Shown here in pieces: positions 37,558 to 49,900 of a stretch of 64,000 nt of DNA (positions are counted from its first letter, which is position 1; each line of letters opens with the position of its first letter). The translations under genes and the position numbers were made by a program. A model generated the notes under the pieces. That model did no database searches and was not told where the DNA came from. It saw nothing but the letters and a program-made list of their open reading frames with translations. The DNA is from Bacteroidota bacterium (lineage in GTDB: Bacteria > Bacteroidota > Bacteroidia > J057 > JADKCL01), in contig JBCCQH010000011.1 of NCBI GenBank assembly GCA_039024435.1, positions 11,940 through 75,939 on the forward strand. Direction: 5' to 3'.

Positions 37558-38469
37558 ATGCGCCTGACCCTTCTCGGAACGACCAGCATGATGCCGACCC
37601 GGGAGCGGGCCCATTCCGCCCACTTTCTGGAATACAAAGGCGATGGCATCCTGTTTGACTGCGGTGAAGGCACCCAACGCCAAATTTTGCTGGCCGGAAT
37701 CAACCGGCAAAAAACAAAAATTGTCTGCCTGAGCCACTGGCACGGCGATCATGCAGCCGGGTTGGTGGCCTTTTTACAAAGTGTGACCCGGGACCAGCCC
37801 CCGGGTACGGCTCCCATCCAACTGATCGGCCCGCCCGGCTCCGCCGAGCACTACCACCACCTCAGCCGGTGCATGGCCACCGATACACCTTACAATGTAG
37901 AAGTCCAGGAAATCAACGCCCCCGAGGTCACCTTGGTGCTGAAAGCGAAGGACTACCAAATTCACGCCCGCAACCTGGAACACGCCATCCCAACCCTAGG
38001 CTTCTCTTTTACGGAGATCTCGCACCGCAACATCGACAAGGAATGGATGCAGCGGGAAGGGATTCCGCCGGGGCCACACCTGCGGGCACTCAAAGAAGGG
38101 CAAGCGGTGGAAGTTGCCGGCCGCGTGATCCGGCCGGAAGAAGCCACGTATCCGACCAAGACCCGAAAGTTTGCCTACGTGGCCGATACGCGGTGCTGTC
38201 CGGGCACCGTCGAAATCGCACGGGGAGCCGACCTATTGCTCTGCGAAGCGACCCATTTGCAGGAAAATGCAGAAAAAGCCCACGCCCACTTTCACCTAAC
38301 CGCCCGCCAGGCCGCCGAAATTGCCCGGGATGCCGGCGCCGAGCAGTTGGTGCTGACCCACTTCTCCCAGCGCTACCCCAATACACTCACCCACGTCGCC
38401 GAGGCCCAAGCGGTCTTCCCCAACGCCATGGCGGGAGAAGACTTCCTGCAAGTGGAAATCACAAAATGA
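37558..38469 (+). CDS. rnz: Ribonuclease Z
   Basis: LGT, FDCGEGTQRQ, SHWHGDH, flexible arm GIPPGP..LK.G, DTR, CEAT, LTHFSQRY. Confidence 0.9.
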   Translation: MRLTLLGTTSMMPTRERAHSAHFLEYKGDGILFDCGEGTQRQILLAGINRQKTKIVCLSHWHGDHAAGLVAFLQSVTRDQPPGTAPIQLIGPPGSAEHYHHLSRCMATDTPYNVEVQEINAPEVTLVLKAKDYQIHARNLEHAIPTLGFSFTEISHRNIDKEWMQREGIPPGPHLRALKEGQAVEVAGRVIRPEEATYPTKTRKFAYVADTRCCPGTVEIARGADLLLCEATHLQENAEKAHAHFHLTARQAAEIARDAGAEQLVLTHFSQRYPNTLTHVAEAQAVFPNAMAGEDFLQVEITK

Positions 38470-38898
38470 GCGTGGGCGCGGATCAGGCGCCATTGGATAC
38501 GGGCGAAATTTATCGCGCTCGACCGAGGACCCCGCAAATCCCAAGATCACCTCCGGCATCCGGGTGTCACTACCTTTGTCTTTTTATGGACCAGGAGTGG
38601 CATAACTCTATGAAGACGAAAGACATAGGTGTACTACAGCGGAACCAGCGGTTCAATCAAATGGTCCTCCCCGATCTCCGCCGGGATTTCGCATTCCGGG
38701 GAAGACGCCGTGCTCATCGGGGCGGCACCGCAGATAGAATCGGCGGTATTTGATCGTATCCGGCAAACTCCCGACTCCGGGCCGGGTTACGGCTAGGCAT
38801 GGGCCCGGTGGCCCCGGGGAATCGGAACCCGGTCGACTTCGCGGAGCCGCAGTTTTCCGCAATTCACCCGAAACCGAGCCAGCGGGAGCAGCCGGCGA

Positions 38899-39600
38899 TC
38901 AATTGGGACGCAGCGCGCTCATTCCCCCGTCAATGCCCAAAATCTGACCGGAAATCCAGCGCGCCTGCTCCGATAACAAGAAGGAAGCCATGGCTGCGAT
39001 GTCCTCCGGCGTTCCAATCATCTTGAGCGGGTGGCGCTCGGCGCTGGCCGCCCGCCGCTGCTCATTTGAAAGTAGGCGTGCGGCCAGGTCAGTATCCGTG
39101 AGGGAAGGCGCGATGGCATTGACCCGGACTTTGGGGGCAAATTCGGCCGCCAGGGTCCGGGTGATGCCTTCCAGAGCGCCTTTGGCCGCGGCAATCGAAG
39201 CGTGAAAGGGCATCCCCTGCTGCACCGCCACCGTGGAAAACAGCACGACCGATGCCCCTCCGGCCTTTTTTAGCGGCTTCTCCAAAGCCTGAATCGCTTT
39301 GATCGCCCCGAGGACATTGACCCGATAGTCTTCTTCAAAATCGGTGACTTTGAGTCCCCGGAAGGGCTTCAAGTTGATCGTTCCGGGCAGGTAGGCCAGG
39401 CCGTGGACCTCACTGGGCAGATCCCCACTGGGAAACTCGCCGGACACCGCATCGGCGGTGATCAACTCGACGTTGGCGGCGGTAACTCCGGTTCCGGTGC
39501 GGGAAAGAGAATAGATATGATTTTCGCTTTGGCGGGAGAGCATTTCCACGAGGCTGTAGCCAATGCCCTTACTTCCGCCGACGACAACGATGTTCTTCAT
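38899..39600 (-). CDS. SDR family oxidoreductase
   Basis: VVGGSKGIG, FSTVA, AAKGA, RVNAIAPSLT, GQILGIDGG. Confidence 0.92.
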   Translation of the reverse strand: MKNIVVVGGSKGIGYSLVEMLSRQSENHIYSLSRTGTGVTAANVELITADAVSGEFPSGDLPSEVHGLAYLPGTINLKPFRGLKVTDFEEDYRVNVLGAIKAIQALEKPLKKAGGASVVLFSTVAVQQGMPFHASIAAAKGALEGITRTLAAEFAPKVRVNAIAPSLTDTDLAARLLSNEQRRAASAERHPLKMIGTPEDIAAMASFLLSEQARWISGQILGIDGGMSALRPN

Positions 39601-39656
39601 GAGGAGTTCAACCGCCGGGCTTGCGAATTGTTCCCGGAGTCAGAAAAACGCCCCGC

Positions 39657-40721
39657 CTACATAAAATCGACGTCCGGTCCGTGGCGGTGGACCAGCAATT
39701 TGTGGATGGCTTCTTCCAGGGGCACGTCCTCGAAGAGTACCGAATAAAACGCTTCGACCATGGGGGCGCGCTTTTCCATAAAACGCACCACGGCCATCGC
39801 CGTGCGCACGGTATTGACCCCTTCCGCGACTTCTTCCATGGTCTCGATGATGTGCGCCAGGGTCTCCCCTTCGGCAAGGCGCCGGCCCACGGTATAGTTC
39901 CGACTGAGCGGACTCGAACACGTTGCAATCATATCGCCGATCCCGGCCAGGCCCATAAAAGCGTTTTTGTCGCTCCCAAACCAGCCGGCGATCCGCATGA
40001 GTTCCCGCCAGCCGCGGGTGATCATCAGCGCGCGGGCATTTTCGCCCATGCCCATTCCGCTGACCATGCCCGACCCCAAAGCAAGGATGTTTTTGAGCAC
40101 CCCACCAAGTTCCACCCCGATCAGATCGTGGTTTTCAAACACCATGAAGCGGTCACTCCGCAGGGCTTGCCGGCCCAGGTTGATTACCTCGTTGAAGTGG
40201 CTAGCGATCACCGTGCCGGCGGGCAGCCCCCGGGCGATTTCCTTGGCGAGGTTGGGACCGGACATGCAGCCGACCCGGAGTACCACGCTCTCCTCGGCGA
40301 TGACCTGGCTCATGGTCCGCACGCGGTTGGGATTGAGCTTGATATCGTGGAAGCGCTCTTTTTCGCGGTCAGTGAGCAGCACGTCCAGCCCCTTGGTGCA
40401 ATGAATCAGGACGTGGTAGGGACGCAAGTGGGGCGATAAATCGCGCATCATCGCCCGGAAATTCTTCGATGGCACCACCGGCCAGATCAGCGTGCAGCGT
40501 TCAGCCAACTCCGCCAAATCGCCGGTCACCGCTACCCGAGGGTGCATTTGCTGACCGCGGTGGACCTTTTCTTTTACAATCGCCTCCCGGACTGCCTCGC
40601 GCCGGGCATAGAGGATCACCGGTTGATTGACCGCCAGCAAGTTGGCGATGACGGTCCCGAAGCTCCCCGCTCCGACTACGCCCACCGGATTTTCAGAGGT
40701 ATTTTTCGAGATCATAGCCAT
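39657..40721 (-). CDS. gpsA: NAD(P)H-dependent glycerol-3-phosphate dehydrogenase
   Basis: GAGSFGT, CTKG, SGPNLA.E, GVELGGVLKN, GLAGIGD...TC.S..SRN, EG. Confidence 0.95.
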   Translation of the reverse strand: MAMISKNTSENPVGVVGAGSFGTVIANLLAVNQPVILYARREAVREAIVKEKVHRGQQMHPRVAVTGDLAELAERCTLIWPVVPSKNFRAMMRDLSPHLRPYHVLIHCTKGLDVLLTDREKERFHDIKLNPNRVRTMSQVIAEESVVLRVGCMSGPNLAKEIARGLPAGTVIASHFNEVINLGRQALRSDRFMVFENHDLIGVELGGVLKNILALGSGMVSGMGMGENARALMITRGWRELMRIAGWFGSDKNAFMGLAGIGDMIATCSSPLSRNYTVGRRLAEGETLAHIIETMEEVAEGVNTVRTAMAVVRFMEKRAPMVEAFYSVLFEDVPLEEAIHKLLVHRHGPDVDFM

Positions 40722-42384
40722 TCAAGCGGTTGTGGTAAAAGTAAAGGACGCGCAGATCCTCGGTGATGACATTTCCGGCCTTGTCGAAGGTCAGCGGCTT
40801 TTTCAGGTGGTAGGTGCCCAGGTATTCGATGCCGTGCCGGACAATGTTGGGAATGCTGTGGCGCATGTCTTCGCCCAGCCGGACCTTGCCTTGCAATTCC
40901 ATTTCGCGCAGCCGCAGGTGCAGCCGTTCCACCGAAGCGGCAAAATCATCGTAGGGCATCACCAAATCTTCCTCGGCCACCGTGAGCAATCCGTAGAGGT
41001 CCTTCTGTTGGGTCTGCAAAAGGAATTGAAAGGCGGTAAAGGCGACCAGATGGCTGCTGAAGACGATGTTTTCCCGGTAATAGCTCGCCAAAATCCGCTC
41101 GCCCAGCAAGCGTGTGTAAGCATAGCTGCGCTGCGAATCGCGTACAATTTCCCCGTTTGATTGGTAGTAATCCGCCAAGTCGATCACCCGCCCTTGTTTG
41201 TCCAGCGAGATGCCTTCTCCATTGACCTCATTGCCGAACAGGTCCATCGGCTTGCCGAAGGAAAATACCATCGAAGAGCGGCTGCGCAAGAAGTTGAAGA
41301 TGTATTTGATCGTTTTGCGGGTGCTGCGGAAGTCGTCTTTGACCAGGATGTAGCGCTCCTTGCCTTCCTTTTTCAGGAATTGATTGATCAAGGCGGTCGC
41401 CTCCAGGGTCGTATTGTAGCTCATGACCAGGGGCACCACGTAGATGCGCCTGTAGTTTTCTGGATCTTCCAGAATCAGTTTGCGTTGGGCTTCGATGGCG
41501 GTTCCGAGCAATCCCAGCTTGAGCTTGGTTTCGATGCTGCCGCTGCGCGAACGGGTACCGCCGGGGAAAAACAGCATGTGCCCGCCTTTGCGCAAGACGA
41601 TCTCGGTGTACAATTTCAGATTGGTGAGGTAGATCTCATTTTTCTTGCGGCGATCCAGGCGGAAGGCCCCCAAACGGGCCATAAAATAACTTAAAATCGG
41701 ATGCCCAAAGAGGTTGATCCCCGCCCCATAGGTAAACGCCGGCAAGCCCAGCGCCTCGATGGCCCAGCCGATCACGATGGAATCCAGGTTGCTGAAGTGG
41801 GTCGGCACCAAAATCACCACGCCCTTCTTTGAAAGTGCGCGGATCTCCTCGGTGTAGCCGGTGAGCTGCATCTTTTCGGTTAGTTTCATCCGCTTCTCCC
41901 CTTTCTTGCGCCGAAAGGGCCGCAACCGGATGGCGTTAAAAAGGCGGGTAAACCCAAAGTTTGTGGCCCAGCGGGCAAAACGGTAGGTGCGAATCCGAAA
42001 GTCGCCGGCGATTTCGTTGGTGTAGCGGTCGACCACTTGATGCAAGATCTTTTCGACCGCTTTTTCGTCTACGGTACCGCCTTCAGCCGAGCGTTGGAGG
42101 GCAAGCTTGATGCGCCGCCAAAATGCCGGTTCATCGCGCCGGTCCACCTTCCAGGGATTGTCCTTCATCCGTACCCGCTCCTGGTAATAAGCATCGGCAA
42201 TGCGGGTAAAATTGCGTTCCCCTTCCCCTCCCTGCTGGGTATAGTGCTCCATGGTTTCGGCGATGACCTCTTCGATCAATTGCTCGCGGCGCGAACTGAT
42301 CTTATAGATGGGCCAATCGTGTTCATCCGGAATTACCCGCGGATATTCTACCGTATCCTTGTCCTTGCTTTTTTTGGCAGCCAT
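40693..42384 (-). CDS. Glycerol-3-phosphate acyltransferase (PlsB-like)
   Basis: PTHFSNLD (HX4D), GAFRLDR, FPGGTRSRSG; upstream of and overlapping gpsA. Confidence 0.88.
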   Translation of the reverse strand: MAAKKSKDKDTVEYPRVIPDEHDWPIYKISSRREQLIEEVIAETMEHYTQQGGEGERNFTRIADAYYQERVRMKDNPWKVDRRDEPAFWRRIKLALQRSAEGGTVDEKAVEKILHQVVDRYTNEIAGDFRIRTYRFARWATNFGFTRLFNAIRLRPFRRKKGEKRMKLTEKMQLTGYTEEIRALSKKGVVILVPTHFSNLDSIVIGWAIEALGLPAFTYGAGINLFGHPILSYFMARLGAFRLDRRKKNEIYLTNLKLYTEIVLRKGGHMLFFPGGTRSRSGSIETKLKLGLLGTAIEAQRKLILEDPENYRRIYVVPLVMSYNTTLEATALINQFLKKEGKERYILVKDDFRSTRKTIKYIFNFLRSRSSMVFSFGKPMDLFGNEVNGEGISLDKQGRVIDLADYYQSNGEIVRDSQRSYAYTRLLGERILASYYRENIVFSSHLVAFTAFQFLLQTQQKDLYGLLTVAEEDLVMPYDDFAASVERLHLRLREMELQGKVRLGEDMRHSIPNIVRHGIEYLGTYHLKKPLTFDKAGNVITEDLRVLYFYHNRLNGYDLEKYL

Positions 42385-42660
42385 TGGTTAAAACTACATT
42401 TTTTTTGGGAGCGAACCGATGGGGTGCAAAAAAACCGGGAATTATTCATGGGCGGGGGAGCGACGGTTTGCGATTGATTTTCTGCGTCCATTGAACCTCA
42501 TTTCCGCATGGGCCACCTGAGCCAGATACGAAGAAATTGTTGCCGCAGGGAGAAAAAGATCCCAGAGAAAAATCGCAGAATAAAAATTGGAACTGACGAT
42601 CCAAATTCTGCGTAATAGCGAGAGGTTCCCTATCTTCACCGCAAACATCAACCTCCGACA

Positions 42661-43011
42661 ATGGCCAAAAAGAAAAAGAACAAGCGTAATTTCTCCGGTG
42701 GCATGGTCTATTCTACCGACCCGGATTACGACTTTGAGGAAGGATACGAGGAGGCCGAAACTCCACCCCCTACGCAGCAAAACCTTCGCCTGCACCTCAT
42801 CCGCCACAAAGGCAACAAAATTTCGACGGTGGTGCGCGATTTTGTCGGAACGGACGACGATTTGAAATCGCTCGGCAAACTGCTCAAATCTAAGTGCGGC
42901 ACGGGGGGCTCGGCCAAAGACGGCGAGATCATCATTCAGGGCAATAAACGGGACAAAGTAGCGGAAATCTTGAAAAAGGAAGGCTACAAATTCAAATTGG
43001 TCGGCGGATGA
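42661..43011 (+). CDS. yciH: Translation initiation factor SUI1/YciH
   Basis: VYSTDPD, K.LK.KCGTGGS.KDG.IIIQG. Confidence 0.92.
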   Translation: MAKKKKNKRNFSGGMVYSTDPDYDFEEGYEEAETPPPTQQNLRLHLIRHKGNKISTVVRDFVGTDDDLKSLGKLLKSKCGTGGSAKDGEIIIQGNKRDKVAEILKKEGYKFKLVGG

Positions 43012-43667
43012 AAAGGGCAAAGCAAATCCTGAAGTGGTTCATGCTCGCCCTGGGCACAATATTGCTATTCGTGGTGGCGATCAATGCCTGGGTGGTGCGC
43101 TCGGCGGTGGATCGGCTGCACGAAACCGTAGCCGATGTCCCCATTACCGATGTCGCCGTGGTGCTCGGAACCACCCGTTACGTGGCCGGGGGCCGGCGAA
43201 ATCTGTACTTTTTTGCCCGAATTGAGGCGGCGGTGGCGCTCTACCGCAGCGGAAAAATCAAAAAAATCATCGTCAGCGGGGACAACCGCCACACCAGTTA
43301 CAATGAAACCGATGACATGCGGGAAGAACTGACGCGGCGCGGGATACCCGGCGCCGCCATCGTCAATGACCATGCAGGATTCCGGACCCTGGACTCGGTG
43401 GTGCGGGCGCAGCGCGTATTTGGGCAGCAGCGGATCGTACTCATCAGCCAGCTTTGGCACCTGCAGCGGGCGATTTTCATCGCCCAAGCCCACGGAATTG
43501 AGGCGGAAGGCTACATTGCGGAGGACATGCCCGGGCGGAGTGCATTTTCTTCCATGATGGGCCGGGAATACCTGGCCCGGGTCAAGGCGTTCCTCGATTG
43601 TTACATCCTGGGCACCGAACCGCGATTTCCCGGACCGCCCGAACCGATTGCGTTTGGGGAGCGGTAG
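43008..43667 (+). CDS. SanA/YdcF (ElyC-like, DUF218) family protein
   Basis: N-terminal TM; VLG, SGDN...YNE, DHAGFRTLDS, HL.RA, REYLAR. Confidence 0.9.
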   Translation: MKRAKQILKWFMLALGTILLFVVAINAWVVRSAVDRLHETVADVPITDVAVVLGTTRYVAGGRRNLYFFARIEAAVALYRSGKIKKIIVSGDNRHTSYNETDDMREELTRRGIPGAAIVNDHAGFRTLDSVVRAQRVFGQQRIVLISQLWHLQRAIFIAQAHGIEAEGYIAEDMPGRSAFSSMMGREYLARVKAFLDCYILGTEPRFPGPPEPIAFGER

Positions 43668-43985
43668 GGCATTGGCAATCCGCGACTTTTGTCGTTTGGC
43701 GGCGATTTACCATTAATTGGTGCAGGGTAAACGCCCCACCGGAGGTACACGCCCGAGAATTTTACCCCCACAATTTTCGGGGCAAAATTGTCGTCCGCCC
43801 CTATCCAATGGATTCGCACCGGAATTTTCGCTAGCTTACAGAAAATCAATCGGCGATCCCTGATTGCCACAAGTTTGCGGTTGACGCTCGATTTCTGAAC
43901 ATGGACACCGGCCCGCACCCTGCGCGGCCACATCCGAGGGTATTGGACCGAAACGGCACGCTTGGAAAAAACTGAACTGGAAAGC

Positions 43986-46900
43986 ATGTTGAAAAGAATT
44001 GGTTCCCCGTTACTGACCCCCCTTTTTCTAATCGGAATGCTCACCGCGACCTTCGTTCGGGCGCAACCGACGATTTCCTGCCCGGCGGTAATCGCCTCCC
44101 CCGATACGACCCTGGCCTGCAGTGGCTGCGTCAACCTGAATGCTACTCCGGTCGCGGGCTCTCTCCCTACTTCTTACACCGTGCAAACCATCCCCTACAA
44201 TCCCTGGCCCAATACCGGAACCGCGATCATCGTGAACCAGGACGACATCTGGTCGGGAGTGCTGCCGATTCCCTTCAATTTCTGTTTCTACGGCAATACC
44301 TACAACCAGTGTGTCGTCGGCTCCAACGGCATTGTGTCGTTTGACGTCGGTCAAGCGGGCGGCTACTGTCCCTGGCCCATCAACAATCCGATCCCCAATC
44401 CCGCCAACCCAACCAACTGCATTATGGGCCCCTGGCACGACACCGACCCCAGCGTCGGCGGAATCATCCGGTGGAGTGTCTTTGGCACCGCCCCCTGCCG
44501 CGTGTTTGTGGTTTCGTTCAATACGATTCCGATGTTTTCCTGCAACAACCTGATCTCTACCCAGCAGATCGTTATCTACGAAACCACCAATATCATCGAG
44601 ACCTACATCCAGGCCAAACCAACCTGCACCACCTGGAACTCCGGCGCCGCGATCCACGGCCTGCACAACATCAACGGCACCGCCGCGACGGTGGTTCCGG
44701 GAAGAAATTTCCCCACCCAATGGACGGTAAACAACGATGCCCGCCGCTTTGTGCCTTCGGGTCCACAGAACTTTACCGTCAATTGGTTCCAGGTGGGCAA
44801 TGCCACCCCCATCGCCACCACCCAGACGACGCAGGTCTGCCCCACGGTCAATACCGACTACTACGCCGAAGTCGTCTACACCAATTGCGACAACTCCACC
44901 GTCACCGTGCGCGATACGGTCATGATCGGGGTGGCTGGTCCGCAGATCAGTCTCAATCCCACCATCAACAATCCAAGCTGCCCCGGTGCGACTGACGGCA
45001 CAATCACCGTGTCCCCCGCTGGCGGATTGGCCCCATATACCTACGCCTGGAGCCCCAACGGCGGCAATGGCGCGACCACAACGCCCCTCGGCGCGGGGAC
45101 CTACACCGTGAGCGTCACCGACGCAAATAACTGTGTTGCCATCGATTCCTTCACCCTGACCGATCCCCCCGCCATTCAGATCAGCACGACTTCCACCGAC
45201 GCAAGCTGCAACGGAGGCAGCGATGGCGCGGCCAGCGCAACCGCCAGCGGGGGTACGCCCGGCTACAACTATTTTTGGGTTCCGGGGAACATCGCTGGAC
45301 CCAATGCGACCAACCTCAGCGCCGGCACCTACACCGTTTTCGTCTCCGACCAAAACAACTGCCTCGATTCGGCGACGGTAACCATTAACCAGCCCCCGGC
45401 GCTCACCACCAGTGTCAGCGCCACCGCCGTGAGTTGTGCCGGCGGCGGCAACGGAACCGCTACCGCAACCGCCGGTGGCGGGACGCCCCCCTACGGCTAC
45501 CTTTGGAACACGAATCCCGCCCAGACCACCGCCACCGCGACCGGGCTTTCCGGCGGCACCTACATCGTGACCGTCACCGATGCCAACCTTTGCCCGGCAT
45601 TGGACACCATCACCGTTGCTGAACCTTTACCGATAATCGCCCAGGTCAACAATCTTCAGAATGTCTCCTGCAATGGTTCCGCCGACGGATGGGCGGTAGT
45701 GAGTGTCACCGGACAGCAAGGCCCCGTGACCTACACCTGGAATACGAATCCGGTGCAGACCACCGACAGCGCCTCCGGATTGCCCCCGGGCACCTGGACC
45801 GTCACCGCTACCGATTCCCTGGGTTGCACCGCGACCGCCAGCGTCACAATTTCCGAGCCGGCCCCCATCGGCCTGACCATGAATGGGCAAAACATCTCCT
45901 GCTTCAATGCCGCGGACGGCTGCGCCAATGTCGTGGTGACCGGTGGCAACGGCAATTACAGCTACGACTGGTCCAACGGCGGCACGGTGGACTCGATTTG
46001 CAACCTGGCACCGGGCACCTACGTGGTCACCGTGACCGACACTTTCTCTACCGGAACCAACAACCGCATCCTCTACTTCGAAGACTTTGATGGGCTGGTC
46101 AACTGGACGCTCAATGTCGCTTCCGGAAGCAACGGCGCCGACCACAATTTCTGGGTCGTCAACGACAATGAAGGCGGTCTGCCCCCACCCGCTTGCGGCA
46201 CCGCGAACAACGGTGACTCTACTTTGCACATCACGAGTGTCGCCTTTCCCAACGGCGGGGCAGCCTACGACGCCGGAGGGCTCTGCGGCACGCTCTTTTG
46301 CCCGGAAACCAATATGCGCGCCGAATCACCCGTGATCTCCACCGTCGGGTACAGCAGCATCACCCTGGAATTCAATTTCATCGCCAATGGTGACTCCATC
46401 TTTGACAATGCCTCAGTGGTGATGAACGATGGCTCGGGATGGACGACGGTCGTGCCCAGCCTCAAAAGCAATGTCTGCCTCAATCTGCAAGGGGAATGGC
46501 AAAATTTCAGCGTGGTCCTCCCCCCTTCCGCCGACAACAACCCCAATTTGCGAGTCGGCTTCAACTGGACCAATAACGACGACGGCATCGGAACCGATCC
46601 TTCAGTTTCGATCAACAATGTGCAGCTCCGGACCGCCGCCGCCAATACGCCCGCAATTTTTTGCACGGCAGTGGACTCGGTGACGATCACCCAACCCGAT
46701 TCCCTGGCGGCAACCTTTACCGTCATTGATGTACCCTGTAACGGGGACAGTACCGGCTGCATCGGGGTCAATCTCACCGGTGGCAACGGCAATTACAGCT
46801 ATCTATGGTCAAATGGCGCTACCTCCGACAGCATTTGCGGACTGGCCGCGGGGGTGTACACCCTTACTGTAACCGATACTTCGGCGGTGACCAGCGGCAG

Positions 46901-49900
46901 CAGTTCGGTTACCGTCTACACCGAGGACTTCGACGGGACGGCTACCTGGAACCTCAACGTACCGACCGGAACCCTCGGAGCCAACCCCAACTTCTGGGTC
47001 ATCAACGACAATGAGGGTGGTGTACTCCCGCCCGGATGCGGCGTAGCCAACAATGGAGATTCCACTTTGCACATCACCAGTTTCATTTTCCCCACCGCTG
47101 GTGCGGCTTACGATGCCGGGGGCCTCTGTGGGATATTGACCTGTCCCGAAACCAATTACCGCGCCGAATCCCCGACCATCTCGACGATTGGGATTTCAAA
47201 TCTGACCCTGAGCTTTGACTACATTTCGGTGGGCCAAGGACTCATCGACAATGCTTCGGTGGTCTACAATGACGGCACCGGCTGGCAAGTGCTCAATCCC
47301 AGCATCAAGAGTCTGACCTGTGTGAACCTACAAGGTCAGTGGACCGCGATTTCCTTGGCTTTGCCCCCGTCTTGCAACAACATTCCCAATTTGCAGGTGG
47401 GCTTCAACTGGACGAATAACGACGACGGTGCCGGCAGCGATCCTTCCATCGCGGTGAACAACCTCGAAATCGACGGAATCACCGCTGGGTCGAGCACGCC
47501 GGTCACTTGTGTCCTGATCGACTCGGCGGTCGTGGGTGAGCCACCGGCTCTGGCCCTCAGCATTAATGGTTACGACGCGAGTTGTTTTGGGACCAGTGAC
47601 GGAGCGGCGGCGGTTTCCGCCAGCGGGGGAACCCCGGGCTATTCGGTGGTTTGGAATACAACCCAGACCGGCGACTCGATTTCGGGACTGCCGGCCGGGA
47701 CCTACACGGCCTTGGTGGCGGATACCCTGGGCTGCCTCGACAGCATTTCGGTGACGATCAACCAGCCCACCCCGATCACCCTCACAATGTCCTCGATTCC
47801 GGTGACCTGCAACGGCGATACCAGCGGTTGCGCCATCGTGACGGCTTCCGGAGGCTCGGGCGGCTATACCTACCTGTGGTCGACCGCCGCCACCAACGAT
47901 ACCAGTTGTAGCCTCGGTGCCGGGATCTACACGGTAACGGTGACCGATACGGCTTCGGCTGCCTGCTTTGCCATTGACAGTGTGGTGGTAACCGAACCGA
48001 GCGCCGTAAGCCTGAGCGCAACCGCGACCGGGGCGGCTTGCTCTACGGCCACGGGTACGGCGACGGTCAGCGCCAGCGGAGGCACTGCGCCCTATACCTA
48101 CAATTGGAATACGACGCCGGTGCAGACCACGCCCACGGCGGTGAATCTCTTGCCGGGGGTCTACCTCGTAACCGTGACCGACACCTTGGGGTGCACCGAT
48201 ACTTTGAATGTGACGGTACCCGATATTCCCGCGCCGACCATCACCCTGGTCTCGACCATGGATGTAAGCTGTTTCGGGGGGAACGATGGCAGCGCGACCG
48301 TTTCCACTGCCGGGGGAACTCCACCGGTGACCGTAACTTGGAACTCCCCTCTGCCCCAAACCGGGCTGACTGCGACCGGGCTGCCGGCCGGCACCTATAC
48401 CGCGACGGTGACCGATACCTTTGGCTGTACCAATGCGGTAACCGTCACCATCGGGGAGCCGACGCCCCTGACGTTAACCCTGAGCGGCAATACTGCGACC
48501 TGCAACCTCAGCAATGGCGATGCAACCGTGGTGGCGTCCGGGGGCACCTCGCCCTACCAGGTGCTTTGGAGCAACGCCCAGTCCAGCAATACCATCGGGG
48601 GGCTGGCCGCCGGGGTCTACTCAGTGACGGTCACGGACAACAACCAGTGCCAGGTGATCGATTCAATCGCAATCGGGCAGACCGGCAATCCGGTCCAAAA
48701 TGTGACCGCCATTTCCCCGGTTTCTTGCAGTGGCGGCAACGACGGTGCGGCCACGGTACAGGTCAGTCTTGGAGTCCCACCCTACACGATTACCTGGAAC
48801 ACCAATCCGCCCCAAATCGGGGTCAATGCCATCGGCCTCTCCGCCGGAACTTACCTGGTGACCGCCCTTGACCAAAACGGTTGCAGCGCCACCGATACGG
48901 TCATCGTAACCGAACCGACCCCGGTAAGCGGCACGGCGAGTGCGACCGATGTGACCTGCTTCGCCACTATCCCGAATGGCACGGCGGGTATCCTCGCCAG
49001 TGGAGGAACCTCGCCGTACACCTACGCCTGGGGCACTACCCCTGTCCAGACGACCGCGCAAGCGACCGGACTCAGCCCGGGAACCTACAGTGTGACCGTC
49101 ACCGATGCCAATGGCTGCACGTACGTCGACGATGCCACGGTGGGCCAGCAACCGGTTCCCTCGGTCGTCGCCGGTCCGGATGCGAGCTTCTGCGAGGGCG
49201 ATGGCGGCGCGCTCATTTTTGCCACGGCCAGCGGTGGCGTTCCCGGCTACTATTACCAGTGGTGGTGCGATTCGACGAACACCTTCTGCGGCTTGGATTC
49301 GATCAACGACAACGACCCCATCGCAAATCCCACGGTCAGCACCACATATTACGTGCAGGTATTCGACACCAACGGCTGCCCGAGCAACATCGATTCGCTG
49401 TTCGTGACGATTCTGCCCAAGCCCATTGTCGACGCCGGCCCGGACATTTTCCTGTGCGGCGACAGTGCCCCCTGCCAGGTCCTGAACCCGGTCATCGTGA
49501 ACAATGCGCAGCTATCCGGCATTTACGGGTACAACTGGTCACCGGGAGCGGGCTTAAATGATTCCACCATCGCCACGCCCTGTGCCCGACCGGATACGAC
49601 GACGATCTACTCACTGGTGGTGACCGATTCCACCTCCGGCTGCGCCAGTGAACTGACCACAACCGATACTTTGGCCACGATCACGGTCCACGTAAATCCC
49701 ATTCCAATTGCCGAAGCCGGACCGGACCTCGACATTTGCGACGGGGATTCGGTCTTGCTGCAGGGCTTTGGTACCGGCGCGGGGCCCGATTACACTTACC
49801 AATGGACCCCGGGGACGCTGGTGGTCGATTCCACCGTGGCGAATCCCATCGCCTTCCCGCCTTTTACCACGATTTTTTCTTTGGTGGTTAACAGCAATGG

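Noticed and set aside
43700-43980. Riboswitch (e.g. c-di-GMP) upstream of the giant adhesin
   Set aside because: Small hairpins only; the conserved aptamer motifs are not found
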